The translations under genes were made by a program, and so were the position numbers. A DNA stretch of 64,000 nucleotides from Moniliella sp. 'wahieum'. Its lineage: Eukaryota. The notes beneath the pieces were generated by a model. That model made no database searches and was not told where the DNA came from. It was given only the letters and a program-made list of their open reading frames with translations. Of the stretch, positions 13,637 through 27,042 are shown piece after piece; position 1 is the first letter of the stretch, and every line of letters begins with the position of its first letter. The stretch lies in NCBI GenBank assembly GCA_003971905.1, contig RSEE01000035.1:372001-436000 (forward strand). Reading direction: 5' to 3'.

Positions 13637-16473
13637 GGCGCAGGAAGGGCAGTCGCCAAGGCAGAGACGAGGAGGAGGAGGAGGAGCAGGAGGCAGTGGA
13701 GGCGGAGAGGCGGAGGCAAAGGTAGGGAAGAAGACGGATGCGCTGATGCAGATGCCGAGCAGCCACTAGTAACTAGTTGCCCGCCCCCAGCAACCAGTGC
13801 CACCAGCTGCCCTTTGCCAGCTGCCAGTAGCCAGTAGCCAGTAGCCAGCAGCTGGAGCAGCGCCCAGCCATCATGCATCATGCAGAGTACTCAGCGCACG
13901 CAGCAGAGCACACTGCCGCACAACAAAGAAACAAGCTGCACAGGCAGCAGGGGGCAGGGTGCCCCCGTGCCCCGCAGCAGTGCCCTGCACTGAGGATGAT
14001 CAAGACGATCAGTGATCGATGGGCTGAGCTGTGCGTGACTAGCTCGTGTCTCCGACCGAACACGGTGGGCAGCCGCCTGGTGACCGGTGATGCTGTGATG
14101 GGGGGCCGCCCAGCGCATGGACCATGCAGATCACATCCCGCAGTATCGACAGGTGCTGGGCAACCTCCCCGCCTGCCCATTCCCCAGGCGCGCAGCCGCG
14201 ACGAAGAGGCAGCAGTCGAGCCCAGCTGCTGTACCACGAAGCGCTGTAAGCGCTAAGCGCTCTAATGCCTGCAGCATCCAAGCGGGTATGCAGCCGACCG
14301 ACGCTGGCACCATGCCAGCCACTGGGGAGGCAACCCCCCCTGCATACTGCTCCAGGCTGCCCGCATGCGAGGCGCAGTGTCGTGGATCTGCGCGGGGGCC
14401 AGGCAGTGGCTAGCTCTTGGGGCTGGGCTGGCTAGGCTCCCGTCGGCGCAGGTCCGATTTCAGCACCCGAGGTGCGCTGATGCATGGGGTCATGCATCAT
14501 GCAGTGGGGCAGTGATCGAGGTGATCGATCGATGGTGCATGATGCATGATGCATGATGCATGATGCACTGTGTACATTATGCATTACGAAAGCATCGACG
14601 CAGTCAGTGAGGCACACGACTGGGCTCGTCCGGCGTGCGCTGCTTGCTCTTGTGCCCACCCACCTCAGCGGCCACAGTCGATATTTGATTGGCCAGCACA
14701 TCAGATCTCAGAACCCCCCCCCCCGCCATTCGCTTCCAAACCAGCTGCTGCGCACGTGGATACGAAAGATCTTGGCAGACATGTGAGCCACAGTGAATTA
14801 ACCTCGGAAGAAGGCTTTTCTAGTGTGTGCTCGCCAACCATCTGTTGGTGACATGCCGCGACAACACCACTGGCGCATCGTTATCATCAGCAGAAAGAAT
14901 GGCTCTGGAGTGATTCCCTGGTACTTGGCATTCCTGTCGCATTCCACTGTGGCCCCATCAGTCGAAGCAGTTCCTTCCTCCGGCAGCGTTTTTCACTTGT
15001 GTTAGAGGTCAATCCTACTGACGCACCCATCCAGACTCAATGTGCTCAATAGTGCAGTGGAAAAGCACACATCCTTGGCTAACACGAAAGACTGTGGGTT
15101 CGAGAGGTGTGAGATCTGAGAGGAGCAACCCGGAAGTGATGCATTGAAACCTGATCTTCCGTATTAGCCAAGGATGTCTTCCTCCACGACCACAGTTCAA
15201 TGTTCATGCATCATGGTGCAAACATCATTGCGTGTTACGCGTTACGAAAGGAAGATACCCACTGAGGGAGTTCCTCACAAACTGCCTCCAAGAGCGCCCC
15301 GGACTTTTTATTCATTCTACATTGCCGCAGCGAGGATGTGTATACTACCGTTCGGCCCCTGCATCATCTCTCAGGCATCTTACAATATCTCGATCAGCAA
15401 GCGTCAAGCTTCAACATTGCCTCTGTAATGGTGGCTCTTCAATTCTCAGCCTTGACCTACTCCAACCTCAAGTTTCATCCACCTCCTTCCCTCTTCCACC
15501 CCTTTGATTTCCCCTCTCTAATTCAGCACTTTGAGTCAGTACGAAACACTTGGCACATCTCGCATATATACCGTATCGATAACCGCGGGTCCACGTTTTG
15601 TGCAGTTTTGATGAGATCTGAAGCCCTGATGGTCCTCGGTGATGCAGTCGCACTAGTGGTGGTGGTAAACTAAGCCTGCCAGCCCACGCCTATAGAGGAA
15701 CTCAAGCAGCCAGTCGCCGCCAGGGGCTAGGCTGCAGGACAAAGACAAAGAAGCGAGAAAACAACGAGACTCCTATGCCTGGGGAGGGCTGAACGGACGT
15801 TGGACAAAACGCACGAGCCACGCGCGGTGGCTCAACAGCTGGGACACACTTTTCAAAAGAAAACTCCCATGAGCACGACAGCGCCTATAGTACGTCTGTT
15901 CGTAACGCGGCAGGGAAAGGCAATACTGGCAGCTAATTTCATCCGGTTAGCTTATAATCCTGGTATGGTGTACACAGCCACAATTGTACTCTACAGAAAC
16001 ACATGAATGCAGCCGTTGGTCCACACACACTGTAGTCTCTGATGGTTAATGATTGAGCTACAATCGATTATCCTAGCTTGTGTCCGTCATCAGAGCAGCT
16101 TCATGCAATGCGCGGTGCAAAAGAGCAAACATTTGTTGAGGACTGGCACGTGTTGTCACAAGAGTCATCAATATACATCAACGTACCAACTCTCGCGCGT
16201 CCAGTGCACACAGGTTAGTGCCTCAGCCTGAGTCCCATTCTCTGAAGGATAACAAAAATGTGTTTGATCTTTTCTCGCGCCATCGTCATCGACCCATCCA
16301 AGAGAGGATCCTGAACCTAGAGCCCACAAGGGTGCTATGGACACTTGAGCGTTAACCGGTAACCATTGATGCACGAACTCCCGTTCAAACATGTACCTTT
16401 GGAGACGAACCCGGCCAAGGGTTAATTGAAGTGCGCTGGTACGCACCCCTATAAGAAAGGGACAAGAGTGAAC

Positions 16474-17143
16474 TTAGGCGCTGGGCAAAGGCACGGCCGA
16501 GTTGATAAGCCAGTCGCGCGTGGGATCCGCCAACGAGTCTGTCAATCCAAACCGAATTTGGTGGGTTAGCGAGCTTCCGAAACCAAGAATGGAGGGACTC
16601 TACCCACCTTCAAAATCCATCAATGTCGTTTCCTTGCCCGACGTTATCAGCTGGGCGAGGTGAACTTGCACGGCCGCGGAGGAGAGGAAACAGCGAACTC
16701 GGATGGGCTGGCGGGGAGAGCGTCGGTCGCCTTTGAGGTCACAGAGGGAAGATACGGCTTGGGACGACTTTTTCGGATCGAGCAGAGCGGCTGCATCCAC
16801 GACCAAAACGAGCACCGCTTGCCCGTCCGCACCGCTAGTCGCCGAGCAAGGCGAGATGTGGGAAGGCTGGGTGATGTCTCCTTAGAAGGCGCGGTGGAAG
16901 GCACCTCGTACAGACCAAGAATAGTTTGTTGCGTCTTGCGAGCGTATGTCTCGACCAGCCACCGCCCGCCTCCAGAGAGCGGGCGCGAGACCAGTCCATG
17001 CATGTGCGAGAGGAACCACATCGCTCACCTGCCCCCCCTCCTTATCGGCAAGCAGAAACCCAATCACTTTTTGAGGGAAACTTGGCGGCATGAAGCACCA
17101 CCTTGGCGAAGGCCGAGTTGCTCAGTCCTGCTGGCTCAGGCAT
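16474..17143 (-). CDS. ER membrane complex subunit 8/9 (UPF0172)
   Basis: AFAKVVLHAAKFP..VIGFLL..DVVPLAH.WT.LAP..ILGLYE..MDFE|DSLADPTRDWLIN. Intron 16539-16607. Frameshifts near 17070 and 16970. Confidence 0.85.
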
Positions 17144-17529
17144 GGTAAAGGTGTGATGGGGATGGTAGCGTGGACACCTTCCCCTTCTGCCCGAACCAAA
17201 GGTTAGACCTTGGCGCTCCACGCGCACGATGGGAGTAGTAACACATGAACATTTCATCCACAGATGCTCTTTCTTGGGGGCCCGCACGGCTGTCTGTACT
17301 GGTTGACCTCGTCCTGCCATTGCACGCCGACCGATGATCATGCATCATGCTACGCGCTACTCCCAAACGAGAGTGAGTAGGGCGCATGCCCATCAGTATC
17401 GTCCTCCTGCTTCAACCAGCTGTGGGCGGTCACGCGGAAGACACAGGTTAATAGCGATGACAATATCTAAACACATACAACGCAGATATCCGTCGAATTC
17501 ATGTATGCATGTGCCCATGGACAAGGTCA

Positions 17530-18613
17530 TCACTCGGAGCTCTGCTCCAACTGATTCAACTGGGCAGACGGAGCAAATTCGCGCGTTTCGCGCAACAACT
17601 GAGGCAAATCCTCCTCCTCACCTTCTGCAACTCCGAGTACGTACCCTGGCGATTCGATCCTGATCCAAAACAAAGAAAGAGTCAGTCCATGTTAATGGTA
17701 GAAATGTGGAGGCCAACAAAACATACCGGTACGTGGTGGCCTTTTGGGTAATTTCGGGCATTTGGTGCCAGTATCGCATAAAGTAGAAAAAGCGCTCTAC
17801 CACTTCGGGGTTCGCATCATAGAGATGGATCTCAGCACGCTTTGTCCGACGCCAGAACACCTGCTGGCGCTTCTTGTGAACGAAGGGCGACTTGGGCGTA
17901 GTCCACGTCTCGATTTTTTCTGGGAGACGAACCACATTGGACGTGGGGATACGCAAAGCATACGCGGTCCACCGGGCAAAGTTGGCAAACATGTTCATGC
18001 TCTGTGTCCACTGAGGCTCGGTACGGTAGCACTCATACAGTAGCGTCCCCACCAGATACCCATGCGTTTTGGGAAGCGTAGGCGCCACCGTGAACGCCTT
18101 GGGCACCGGCCCACCCGTCAGAGGCGGCATCTCCAGACCCTTGAGGTCCGCGCCGGCTGCCTCTTCCTTCTCTGCCACATCGGCTGGGTCTTCACCAGGC
18201 TCTGGCATACCCTCCGGAACGAGCAGGTCGGGACGGCGTAGTTCGTCCAGTTTAAGGAACCCTGGCTGGGAAGCTGAGATCATAACACTTTGGGGAAGCG
18301 GCTGGCCCGTAAGGTCGTGGTACGGCACACGGAGCTTTTTACCACCAATACGACCCGGTCCGTGAGGAAAAGGTGCTGGAGGTTGAGAAGGAGGTGCAGG
18401 CTGCTGAGGCGGGGCAGGCACGTTAACATTGGTCTTGTCCTCAAGGCCGCGCTTCAAGCCGAGGAACGTCTCGTCCGTGTCAAAGGAAGGTTTGAGGTAC
18501 GTGCGCCGCCCAAGCAGGGAGGGTACAAGAAGATGAGAAGCACCGGCGTGGCGGGTGCTTCCCACCATGGCGGGGGTAAGGCGGGCCAGCATGCTCGCTG
18601 TCCTGGGCGCCAT
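17530..18613 (-). CDS. RSM10: Mitochondrial ribosomal protein uS10m
   Basis: AYALRIP..VRLPEKIETWTTPKSPFVHKKRQQVFWRRTKRAEIHLYDA S10 motif; Arg-rich presequence; GTATGT intron near 17725. Confidence 0.85.
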
Positions 18614-20327
18614 GGTTGGTCAAGCTCAAGCTCAGGCGGAGGTTGCCCAGCCAAGAAGGTCATGGCCACCTTCCCACTCAACTCCGCTCTGGAGCGGAAT
18701 ACTGCACTGGGGAAGCGATTTGAAAGCAACATTCATTCGTCAGTGTTGCAACTTGAAACGACTACAGCAGGTAACAGCGTGGTTGCTCCATCTTTCATCC
18801 ATCTGCATCATGCATTGCATCACCCTTGAAATTCACATCACATTTCGATCACCGGGTGCCCATGGGGCAAGTGTGATGTGATGCGCATCCCTGTTGCAGC
18901 CATATGTTTACAGAGCTTTTGAGGCTGGGGCAATGAAGAAACGCTGCGCCTCATAAACCGATCTCCTCGTCCAGCATGTGTTGGTTGTTGGCGCCAAACC
19001 CTGTTTTTGAGATACTAGGGAAGCCGCCGGTAGGTCAGGATCCTGTACCGCCCGCTATTCGCTTCCAAACCGGAGATAGTGCGTGGATGCGAATGAGCGT
19101 GGCACAGACATCCGGAGGGGGGGGTGCTACCCCAGCAGCCCCCGCCAACCGTCTTTTGGGTCTAAGAGAGGTAGCCTGTTATTGTAGCGTGTACCAACTT
19201 CTGGAACATATCCCCTAGGGCCTCTCTCTCATCTCCTTTCGTCCCTTCAGTGTTGGTTCACAGCACCTCCATCTTCGACCTTCCCTCATCAGGGGGCTGT
19301 GGGGCTCCTGGCGGGCCTCCGTGTACTAAAAGGCTTGAGGCCTCATTTCCAGCAAACGCTCTTGGCCCCTTCATGCACTTGGTACAAGGCTCGTATCCGT
19401 TATTGAGCTCTTTCCACGGCCCTAACGAGTTTTCTCTCTTTCTTATTCTTCGCCCAAAAAAGCTCTACTGTTGAGATTCGTCACGTTGCAGTCGATCTGA
19501 CCATGTGGTCAAGACGGCCGAGACGAATGCGTAGTACGCGCACTGCGTTGACTGTGACTGATTCAGAAATTCAGAAATGACGTTGTGTCGATAAAAGGAC
19601 GGATCGTGGACGGTATACCCAGTGTAATACCCACAGAGAGTGTGTGTATGTGCAGTGTAGTTGAGGACTGTGATGGTACTGATGCGCTGTACATTTCTGC
19701 CGCCGCCGGTATAGGCGTTGGAACCATGGGCTCCATGGCGCCTGATGTATAGTTGGCTGGGATTCATACTGGAATTGAACGAGAAGCGCTTTGAGAGCAA
19801 AAGGGCAGTAAGGCCTGTGAGACGCACGCAGGAGCTTTTTACGGGCTAATATAACCGTCACGCGTCACGCGCGTCACGCGTCAGAGATGCCAGGTCCCAG
19901 AGGGCCCCAGATCCGAATCTTGAGATCTCGATTTCGATGATGTCATAGTGCGCAGCCTGAGCAGCCTCAGCTATCATACAATGGCAACAGTGCATGGCAC
20001 AGAACACATCCGCCATCTTCGACACTCCTCCAGTCCTACTGCGATATACGCACTTTCGCAGTCACTAGTCACTAGTTGCTGAAGAGTCCGAGTACTCACA
20101 CAGCCACTGGGAGATGCCCCCCGCGGGAGCCCCCTCGGAACAACCCCGAACGAGACCTGCTCAGCACGTTTGCCTCAGCAGGCCACTGTTGCCCCTCTGT
20201 CGTCATTGCGCACCCCCTTCGAGTGAAAGGCATCCTCCTCCTCCCTCGCCCGCCCGCCAAAAGCCTTTTTCTTTCTCCTACCCCCACCACCTGTCCACTT
20301 GCCTATTACCTCGTAGTCCTCATCATC

Positions 20328-23045
20328 ATGCTGGGCTCGGGCAAGAACAAGCATGCTGACACCAAGCTGCTCGACAACCTCATTGCTTCACAGGAGAAGC
20401 TCGCCAGCGCTCTTGGTTACGTCCGTACCGCCTCCGAGTCCAGCAGCCTTGTCACGTCGGCGTGGGCCACCCCCGACGGCCCAAACTCGACACAACAGAC
20501 TGCTATCCTTGCCGACGCCCTTACTGCTGCCAACACGGCCTTGGAAGGCTACACTGTCTCCGTCACTAACTTCACCGCTGGACTCCAAGCCCTGCTGCCC
20601 CGTGAGGGCGCCGTCGCCGAAGTTTCCCGTGACCGTGGCATCCTCGTCTCCCGTCTTGTGCGCCTGACCAAAAAGAAGCCCAAGGCTGGTCAGGAGGATA
20701 AGCACCTCAGGGTACTCACCGACACACAGCAAGAACTCGCTGCCTGTGAGACCGTCCTTGCATCCGAGCAAAACGCCCTGTCCCAGACCCGTACTCAAAC
20801 TTTGAGTGAGCATACGCGCGCTCGTCTTTTCGCCCTGCAACGGTATGGCGCGCAACTCCAACAGGCTGCTACGGATGGACTGCAACGGTTCGACAGTTTG
20901 GCTGGTACGTTCTACCCACCCAGGCACCCTAGTCCCCCTTTGTTTTATTTTTCGAGAGGAACGCTCACATCTCTGTCCCTGTCTCCCAGCGCATCAATCT
21001 GCAGTTTCGCAACCCCAAGTGAACTCCCAGACTACCCCCGAGTACGCCACTGCTCGTAGGAGCAATGACAGTCCACAGCCTGGAGCATTCTACATGAGCG
21101 GTGTCCCGCCTCAGTACATTACTCCTGGCGCTTCTACACATCTCCCGGCAGTGAGCTTGTACGAGCCGGAGCCCAGCTACCAGAGTGTCGACCCCCTGCC
21201 CTACCCGCGGGGCGCCGGGAACGCTACCGTTGAACCCGTACTCGAACGCGACGATGAGCGTCAAGTCCACTTGCCGGTCTTTGGCCCTGCTTCGCAACAA
21301 TCCGAAACACCACGGGCTGAGTCGGACGTTGATGTGAGCGCAACGAGCACGACGCCCGAGGAGAGGGTGCCGATTCAGCCGTACAACTCTGAGCTGGTTG
21401 GCGGACCTTCGCCCTACCAGACCGCCGAAGTGGGGACTGTCGTCATTCCTCCCAGCGGTGCTGGGGGACAGACCTTCGGGGACGTTGCGGGCGAGGCGGA
21501 AAGCCCGGACCCTGCACAAGAACTGCCTCAGACTTCGGAGGTATTCCTGACTCCTACTGGGGAAATCGAACCTGAGGAACTCGAGCGGGCGTACTCTTCG
21601 TCAGACCAGGACAACAATGCGGTGCAACGTGAGGGACCGTATGTGGCGGGCGTACGGCAACGCACTACCTTACCGCAAGATTCGTCTCCTTCTCACGTGT
21701 CCCTCACCCCGGAGCTCCACTTGGTCAAAAAGCGCACTGTCCGCCGTGTGGTGCACCACCGGAAGCACCGATCTGAGCCGAACGGCGCATTTACTTCGGC
21801 TCCCAATGGCGACGCTATGGGAGCTGCAGGTCAGCCTGACAGCTTTCCAGCCTCCTTTGGCCATCATGGGGAGGATGACAGTAGCAGCTCTGCTCCTTCC
21901 TCACCTAAGCTCTCGCGCCATCTTTCCTTGAAGCGTAACAGCAAGAAGGACATGAGCAGCAAACACCATGATCATAACGAGCGTAACTTTTTCTCCCGCT
22001 TGAACACAGTTTTAAAAACGGACATTGCTGTGGCTGCGGCCGAGGCGAACCACGAAGACATCCCCGACCGAGAGAGCCAAGGGGGACTCCTCCATCGCAG
22101 CCTCTCCTCTCAATCCGGAAAACGTCACTCTACCCACAGAAGAAGCGTTCGTCCAACAAAGTTGGCAACTCGGTCTTACCTGTGGAGGAGGAAGAATCTT
22201 CTGAGGATGAGTTGTCTCGCAATCCGATGCACTCTACGTGGAAGACACGGACCAACAAGAACCTCCGTGACTTAGGAGGGTCCAAGCCGTCAAAGCCAAC
22301 TCGTTCCAGCCTGGCAGACTCTCCTTCCTCTCCTCCTCTTGAGCCAGAGAGATATGCGGTGTCGCAGCAAACGCCTCGCAAGAGCCAGAGGGCTCTGGAT
22401 CCGGAAGCCAGTAGCCCTGCTTCAGTGGGTCCTCAAACCCCCTTGGGCGCGGGCACGAATTGGTCGAAATCGCCAACGGTCGACGATCGTGGCGGTACCA
22501 ATTTGAGACAAGTCACTCCCACCACACGCAATGCGGCATGGGGTAACAGTGATCCAGTCACCAAGAAACCCAACTGGACCTCGGCCCAGGCCAACTACCC
22601 AGTCGCAGCCTCGAGTTTGGGACTGGATTTTCCCTTTGACCCAACCAAGGCTCGAGTGGCCTCGGGCTATTCGGCTGACAACTGGGTTTTCTCCCCGGAT
22701 GAACATTCAACCGTCGCCGCTTCCTCTGTGCCCGCCTCTCCCCAGCTGAGGACCTTGAAACGCGCTGAGGAATCGCCAAAGAGGGTCAAGAAAGTGACTC
22801 GTGCCAAGAAGAGTAGCAACCCTGCTCGTCGCTCTATGAATACGGTAGGCAAAAACGGGTCCGGGTACACGTACGAAACAGTCAGGTATCCTTCTTCGCC
22901 ACGCTCCGCTACAAGCTCCATTGTGGGGGCTGGGCTGTACCAAGTTACGGCGCCTGACAGTGCATTGAACGCCTATCCGTCCGTACCTAAAGCCCCCCGC
23001 GGCGCGGAGTACACACCTCGTTCATCGCGCCGTGGCATTTTCTGA
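20328..23045 (+). CDS. Pil1/Lsp1-like (eisosome BAR-type) N-terminal domain plus long disordered C-terminus
   Basis: Helical N-terminus (DTKLLDNLIASQEK..RDRGILVSRLVRL..QQELAACE..RARLFALQRYG). GTACGT intron about 20905-20989, then S/P/E-rich ORFs to 23045. Confidence 0.6.
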
Positions 23046-25347
23046 TGCATCGCGCTGGTGGCTAGTTCAGACGAGGATGTGTGGCTGAAGTCCTGCCGCC
23101 TGCAATACGAGTACGACCTTGGTGGGTTGCGGGCATCGGGTCGTTAGCATCGAGCATATCTCCTCTCTCCCACCCGTCGGGGGCTATATAATCGTTCGTC
23201 GCACACCCTCTACAGCGATGGCGAATCTCTCTACCATCCCTGCCCCTCCTTCCTGGCTCAAGTTCTCAAAACCACACAGAGGTCGTGCAGGTTTGTTGCA
23301 CAGTTTCTGGTGCCTGTCGCTCATGGTGGCAGAATGTGACCGACGGCAACCTAGGTTCTCCTTCTCTTCCCTATTGTCCCATATCTTCTCTGTCTGTTCA
23401 CCTAATAATCATTTGACGTACGTTTTTGTCAACACATTTCCTTTCTCTTCGCAGTGTTAATGTCCATCTTTTTTGTTGCTCTCTTGTTGTGTCTAATATG
23501 AGATAGCTCCTGTGGTCTATCGGCAGGGGAAGATGTTGATTGGGTACCGTGAGGGCACCATGGAGAAGGCACATGTAGTTGCGGGATGGGTCGTCAGTAT
23601 ACCTAGTAACAGCGAGCCTGAGGTCCACTATAGTCGTCCTTTCGGATTCTCCTAGTACATTCTTCAACTTCTATGCTTTCAGCATTTACTAACTTGCGCA
23701 ATGTCTATGGGGGATTGGCAGGACCCATCGGCATCACCTGCATCACCTCTCGATCACCGCATTCATTAGCAAGTCCCCCGTTGACTGGGACAATCTGAGC
23801 CGTTTATTACACCCACACCCAAAGGTTCATACTGGGGACCCGAGAGAGGTGTGATCGATGGGCGGTGCCTCGGAGGGTCCTGGCTTTTTGGCCCGTCTCG
23901 CCCACCAAATTATACGATGCTAAAGGCGTCGACAGCACGGCAGAGGTGACTCCGACTCCGATCATTCGTCTGTCTAAATATTGAGAGTTAAACGTTAATT
24001 AGCGCTTGTGAAAGATACCCTTGTTGGATGTGCTTCATGCATCAGCATCACCGGCAGTGGGCCGCGAGCAGCGAGCTCTCCCTCCCATACAGCAAAGGAA
24101 GGAACTCTTCACTCCTTGATTTTATCCGCTCGTACTGCGTTGCCGCAAAGGCTCTCGCCTCTCACCCGATCACCGGCGGGCATCCCGGCCATGCCTGCGT
24201 TTTCTCAGAAAAGTGAAGCCACGGCGTGACGTGTGACAAAGGCTCACACGCAAGGAACAAGCGGGACATTCGTGTAACAACCGGGTCAAACACTGTCTGC
24301 CACAGTAGGCCACACAGAGTACAGGACAAAATAGCCGCACCAAGCATCGGTGCATCAGTACTCTCAGTACTTGCGTGTCACGTGCTGCATATTATCACAG
24401 CAAATCAGTACGTCAGTAAGTCAGTACCGAGTCGGAGTACTGAGTCAGTCCCGGTCTTCCCTCTATGATAGCAGCGTTGGTGAATACTTCTGTCGGTTGC
24501 GAGCGGAAATAATGCCTCCATCTGCCCCGCGCTACACCCTCTATTCTGGTCCGGGTCTTAGACACACGCGCACCGCCCGATTGAGATTGAATATTGAGCG
24601 CATGGAATACTGTGAATGTGAGCGCGCTGAGCGCGCAACAGCAGTGAGCTTATTGAGCGATGATCGATGTCGATGAACGTACTGAACACTGAACGATGAA
24701 GCAATGAAGCTTGAAGCTTTGAAGAAGATATCAGTCCAGCTTCAAGCACCCAGCGCCCAGCATCCCGCCCCCAGTGCCCAGCTTCCAAACTGTGCATGGC
24801 CCCCACTCGCTGTGGGCCGACGAAGCAACTTGCAAAAGCGCACGCCCCTCCTGCGGCCGATGGCAGAAACGGGGACGTGCGCTGGAGAATGTTCAGATCT
24901 CAGATGTGACATGTGACATGTGACATGTGATAGCTAGATACGGCGGCTGGACGGCGGGGGGGCAGCGCACGGGCGCTGCTAGATGTAGATAGAACGGCGT
25001 GATGCATGATGTCATGCGATGCTGCATCGATAGTCGATAATAAATGGAGTTGTTTCAGGCGCATGCGCGCACTGGGGCAGAGGACGCCTGCTGCGATCTA
25101 CTGGCGCCCACTGTGGCCCCCGGCAGCTCGCCAGTGGCACTCCGTGTGTCTCGGTTGGTTTGGCTCTGCTCTGCATTCGGCTGGCGATGATGCTGATGCC
25201 TGACGGTCGATGATCGATGGCCACAGCCCAGACAGCCCAGCCCTGCACCAGCCAGGCAGCAGCAGACAGCAGTGCATCCCGCTAGCCATCCTTCTATCTC
25301 GTTTATTCTCTACTCCTCCCCCGCCCCCACCACCGCTCCCTGTCCCC

Positions 25348-27042
25348 ATGTCGGTCCCTACCCGTCTGCCTCCTCGCTCCCCTTGCCCACCATATCCTGT
25401 GCCCCCAACTTGGTCGGTGCCGCCGCTATCGTCCCTCCTTCCGCCCGGGTGCCAACGTGTGTGCAGCACCGAATCCCCAGGGGCCAATGAACGTTGCCAG
25501 GCCACCCTCCATCACTCCTTCTCACTGCGCCTCGGCCTCATCGACCGCCTCCATGCCACAGGGTTCGGCTGCCGACAAGCTCAAGGCCATGAGGCCTCCC
25601 ATTGCCCAGTCCCAGGGCCTCCTGGTGGGCAGCCGACTCAATTGGTGTGACATGATTTGCCAAGCGTTGGCTCAGCAGGCCGACCCGCACATGGTAGTAC
25701 AGGACCTGTTTCTTTTTATGTGCCAAATCTTCCCCGAGATTCGCGAATGGGCCGTTGGCAAGGATTGGGAGGTACGTACCGCTGGTCTGCCACATCTCCG
25801 TACGGGAATCCATTGACTGACTAGAGGTTCTTTTCTCTGTAGGGCAAAGTCAAGAATCGTATCAAGTCAACCTTGTCAATTAAAACAAACATCTTCTTGA
25901 AGGTTCCACGCCCTTCTGACGTACCGGGTAAGGGAGCCTGGTGGACCTTAGCACCCGAAGCTCTTTCTGAATGGCGTATGGGAAAGAAGGCCGTGGTGGT
26001 GCGATGCCAGCCAGGCGCTCCGCATGCCAACTCGCGCTCAAATGCAACAGCTCAAGCTGCTGATTCGGGGGGATCGCATCGTCCCAATCGTAAGAACCGC
26101 CGAGATGAGACGCAGTCCCTTCCTTCCAGTCGGGCATCACACTTGTGTGGTAGTCCCAATTCAGTCCTGACTGATCTGAATCCAACATTAGCCAGCCCAC
26201 CGAGCGGTTTCCCCCCTTTATGATGGGAATGCAGAACTCGAACTCGTTCTTGCTGAATTACGATGCCAAGCTGCTGCCTTTTCCCCTCCATACTTCGCCT
26301 ATGCTTGATATGGCGAATCTAACGACCTCTCCGCCTACTGCTTTGGGCCTGCACTTTGGCCAGGCTGCCCCTACATCCTCTCCCCTGCAGCTCCATCAGA
26401 TGGCTACGACGAAAAATCCAGTTCAAGATGCCTTTTCGTCACCCTCTTGCTTGTCATCGCTCGCATCGCCGTCATCCTCTGATTCGCCAAGTCTACAGTC
26501 GAGCGGGTACGTATCATTTCGCTTCTCACTAGTTGATATCGGGAGGCTAACAAGATCTTCCTTCCAGTGCCTGTTCTCCCCATATGACCAAGCCGAGCCC
26601 GATGCGAGCAGCCAGTGATGTTATCCTTGGCTGGACGGGATCTGATCTGGAAGAGCATCAGGAAATGGCCAAGGCTGAAACGGGATCACTGCATCTCTTG
26701 CTTCCAGCTTGGCCGTCGCGAACACGCCATCGTTTCTAGGCTATGACGGCGACTCTCACTTACCAAGAGACAGCCTGGGGGAGACTGGCGCGCCTAGTCC
26801 GGTCCAGTCCGACTCGAGCACGGAACAGAGTGTCTGCACCATCGGGATGGGCGAAGACTTGGGTGGCGGTCTGGATTTCCCAAGCCGCCATCTTTCGCCC
26901 TTTGACGGAGAGGATTCCGAATTTTTGTTTCATGGTATGCAACTCGATGGCCTGGATACCGACTCTTTCGCGAAACCTTTCGGGGCCAGACTCTATGGAT
27001 GCAAGCTCATTGCGGTTGGGCTTGACCCCGTCCCTTACTTAA
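25348..27042 (+). CDS. Forkhead (winged-helix) transcription factor, divergent recognition helix
   Basis: LNWCDMICQAL..VQDLFLFMCQIFPE..DWE|GKVKNRIKSTLSIKTNIFLKVPRPSDVPGKGAWWTL after removing intron 25772-25842. S/P-rich C-terminus. Both ends approximate. Confidence 0.8.
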
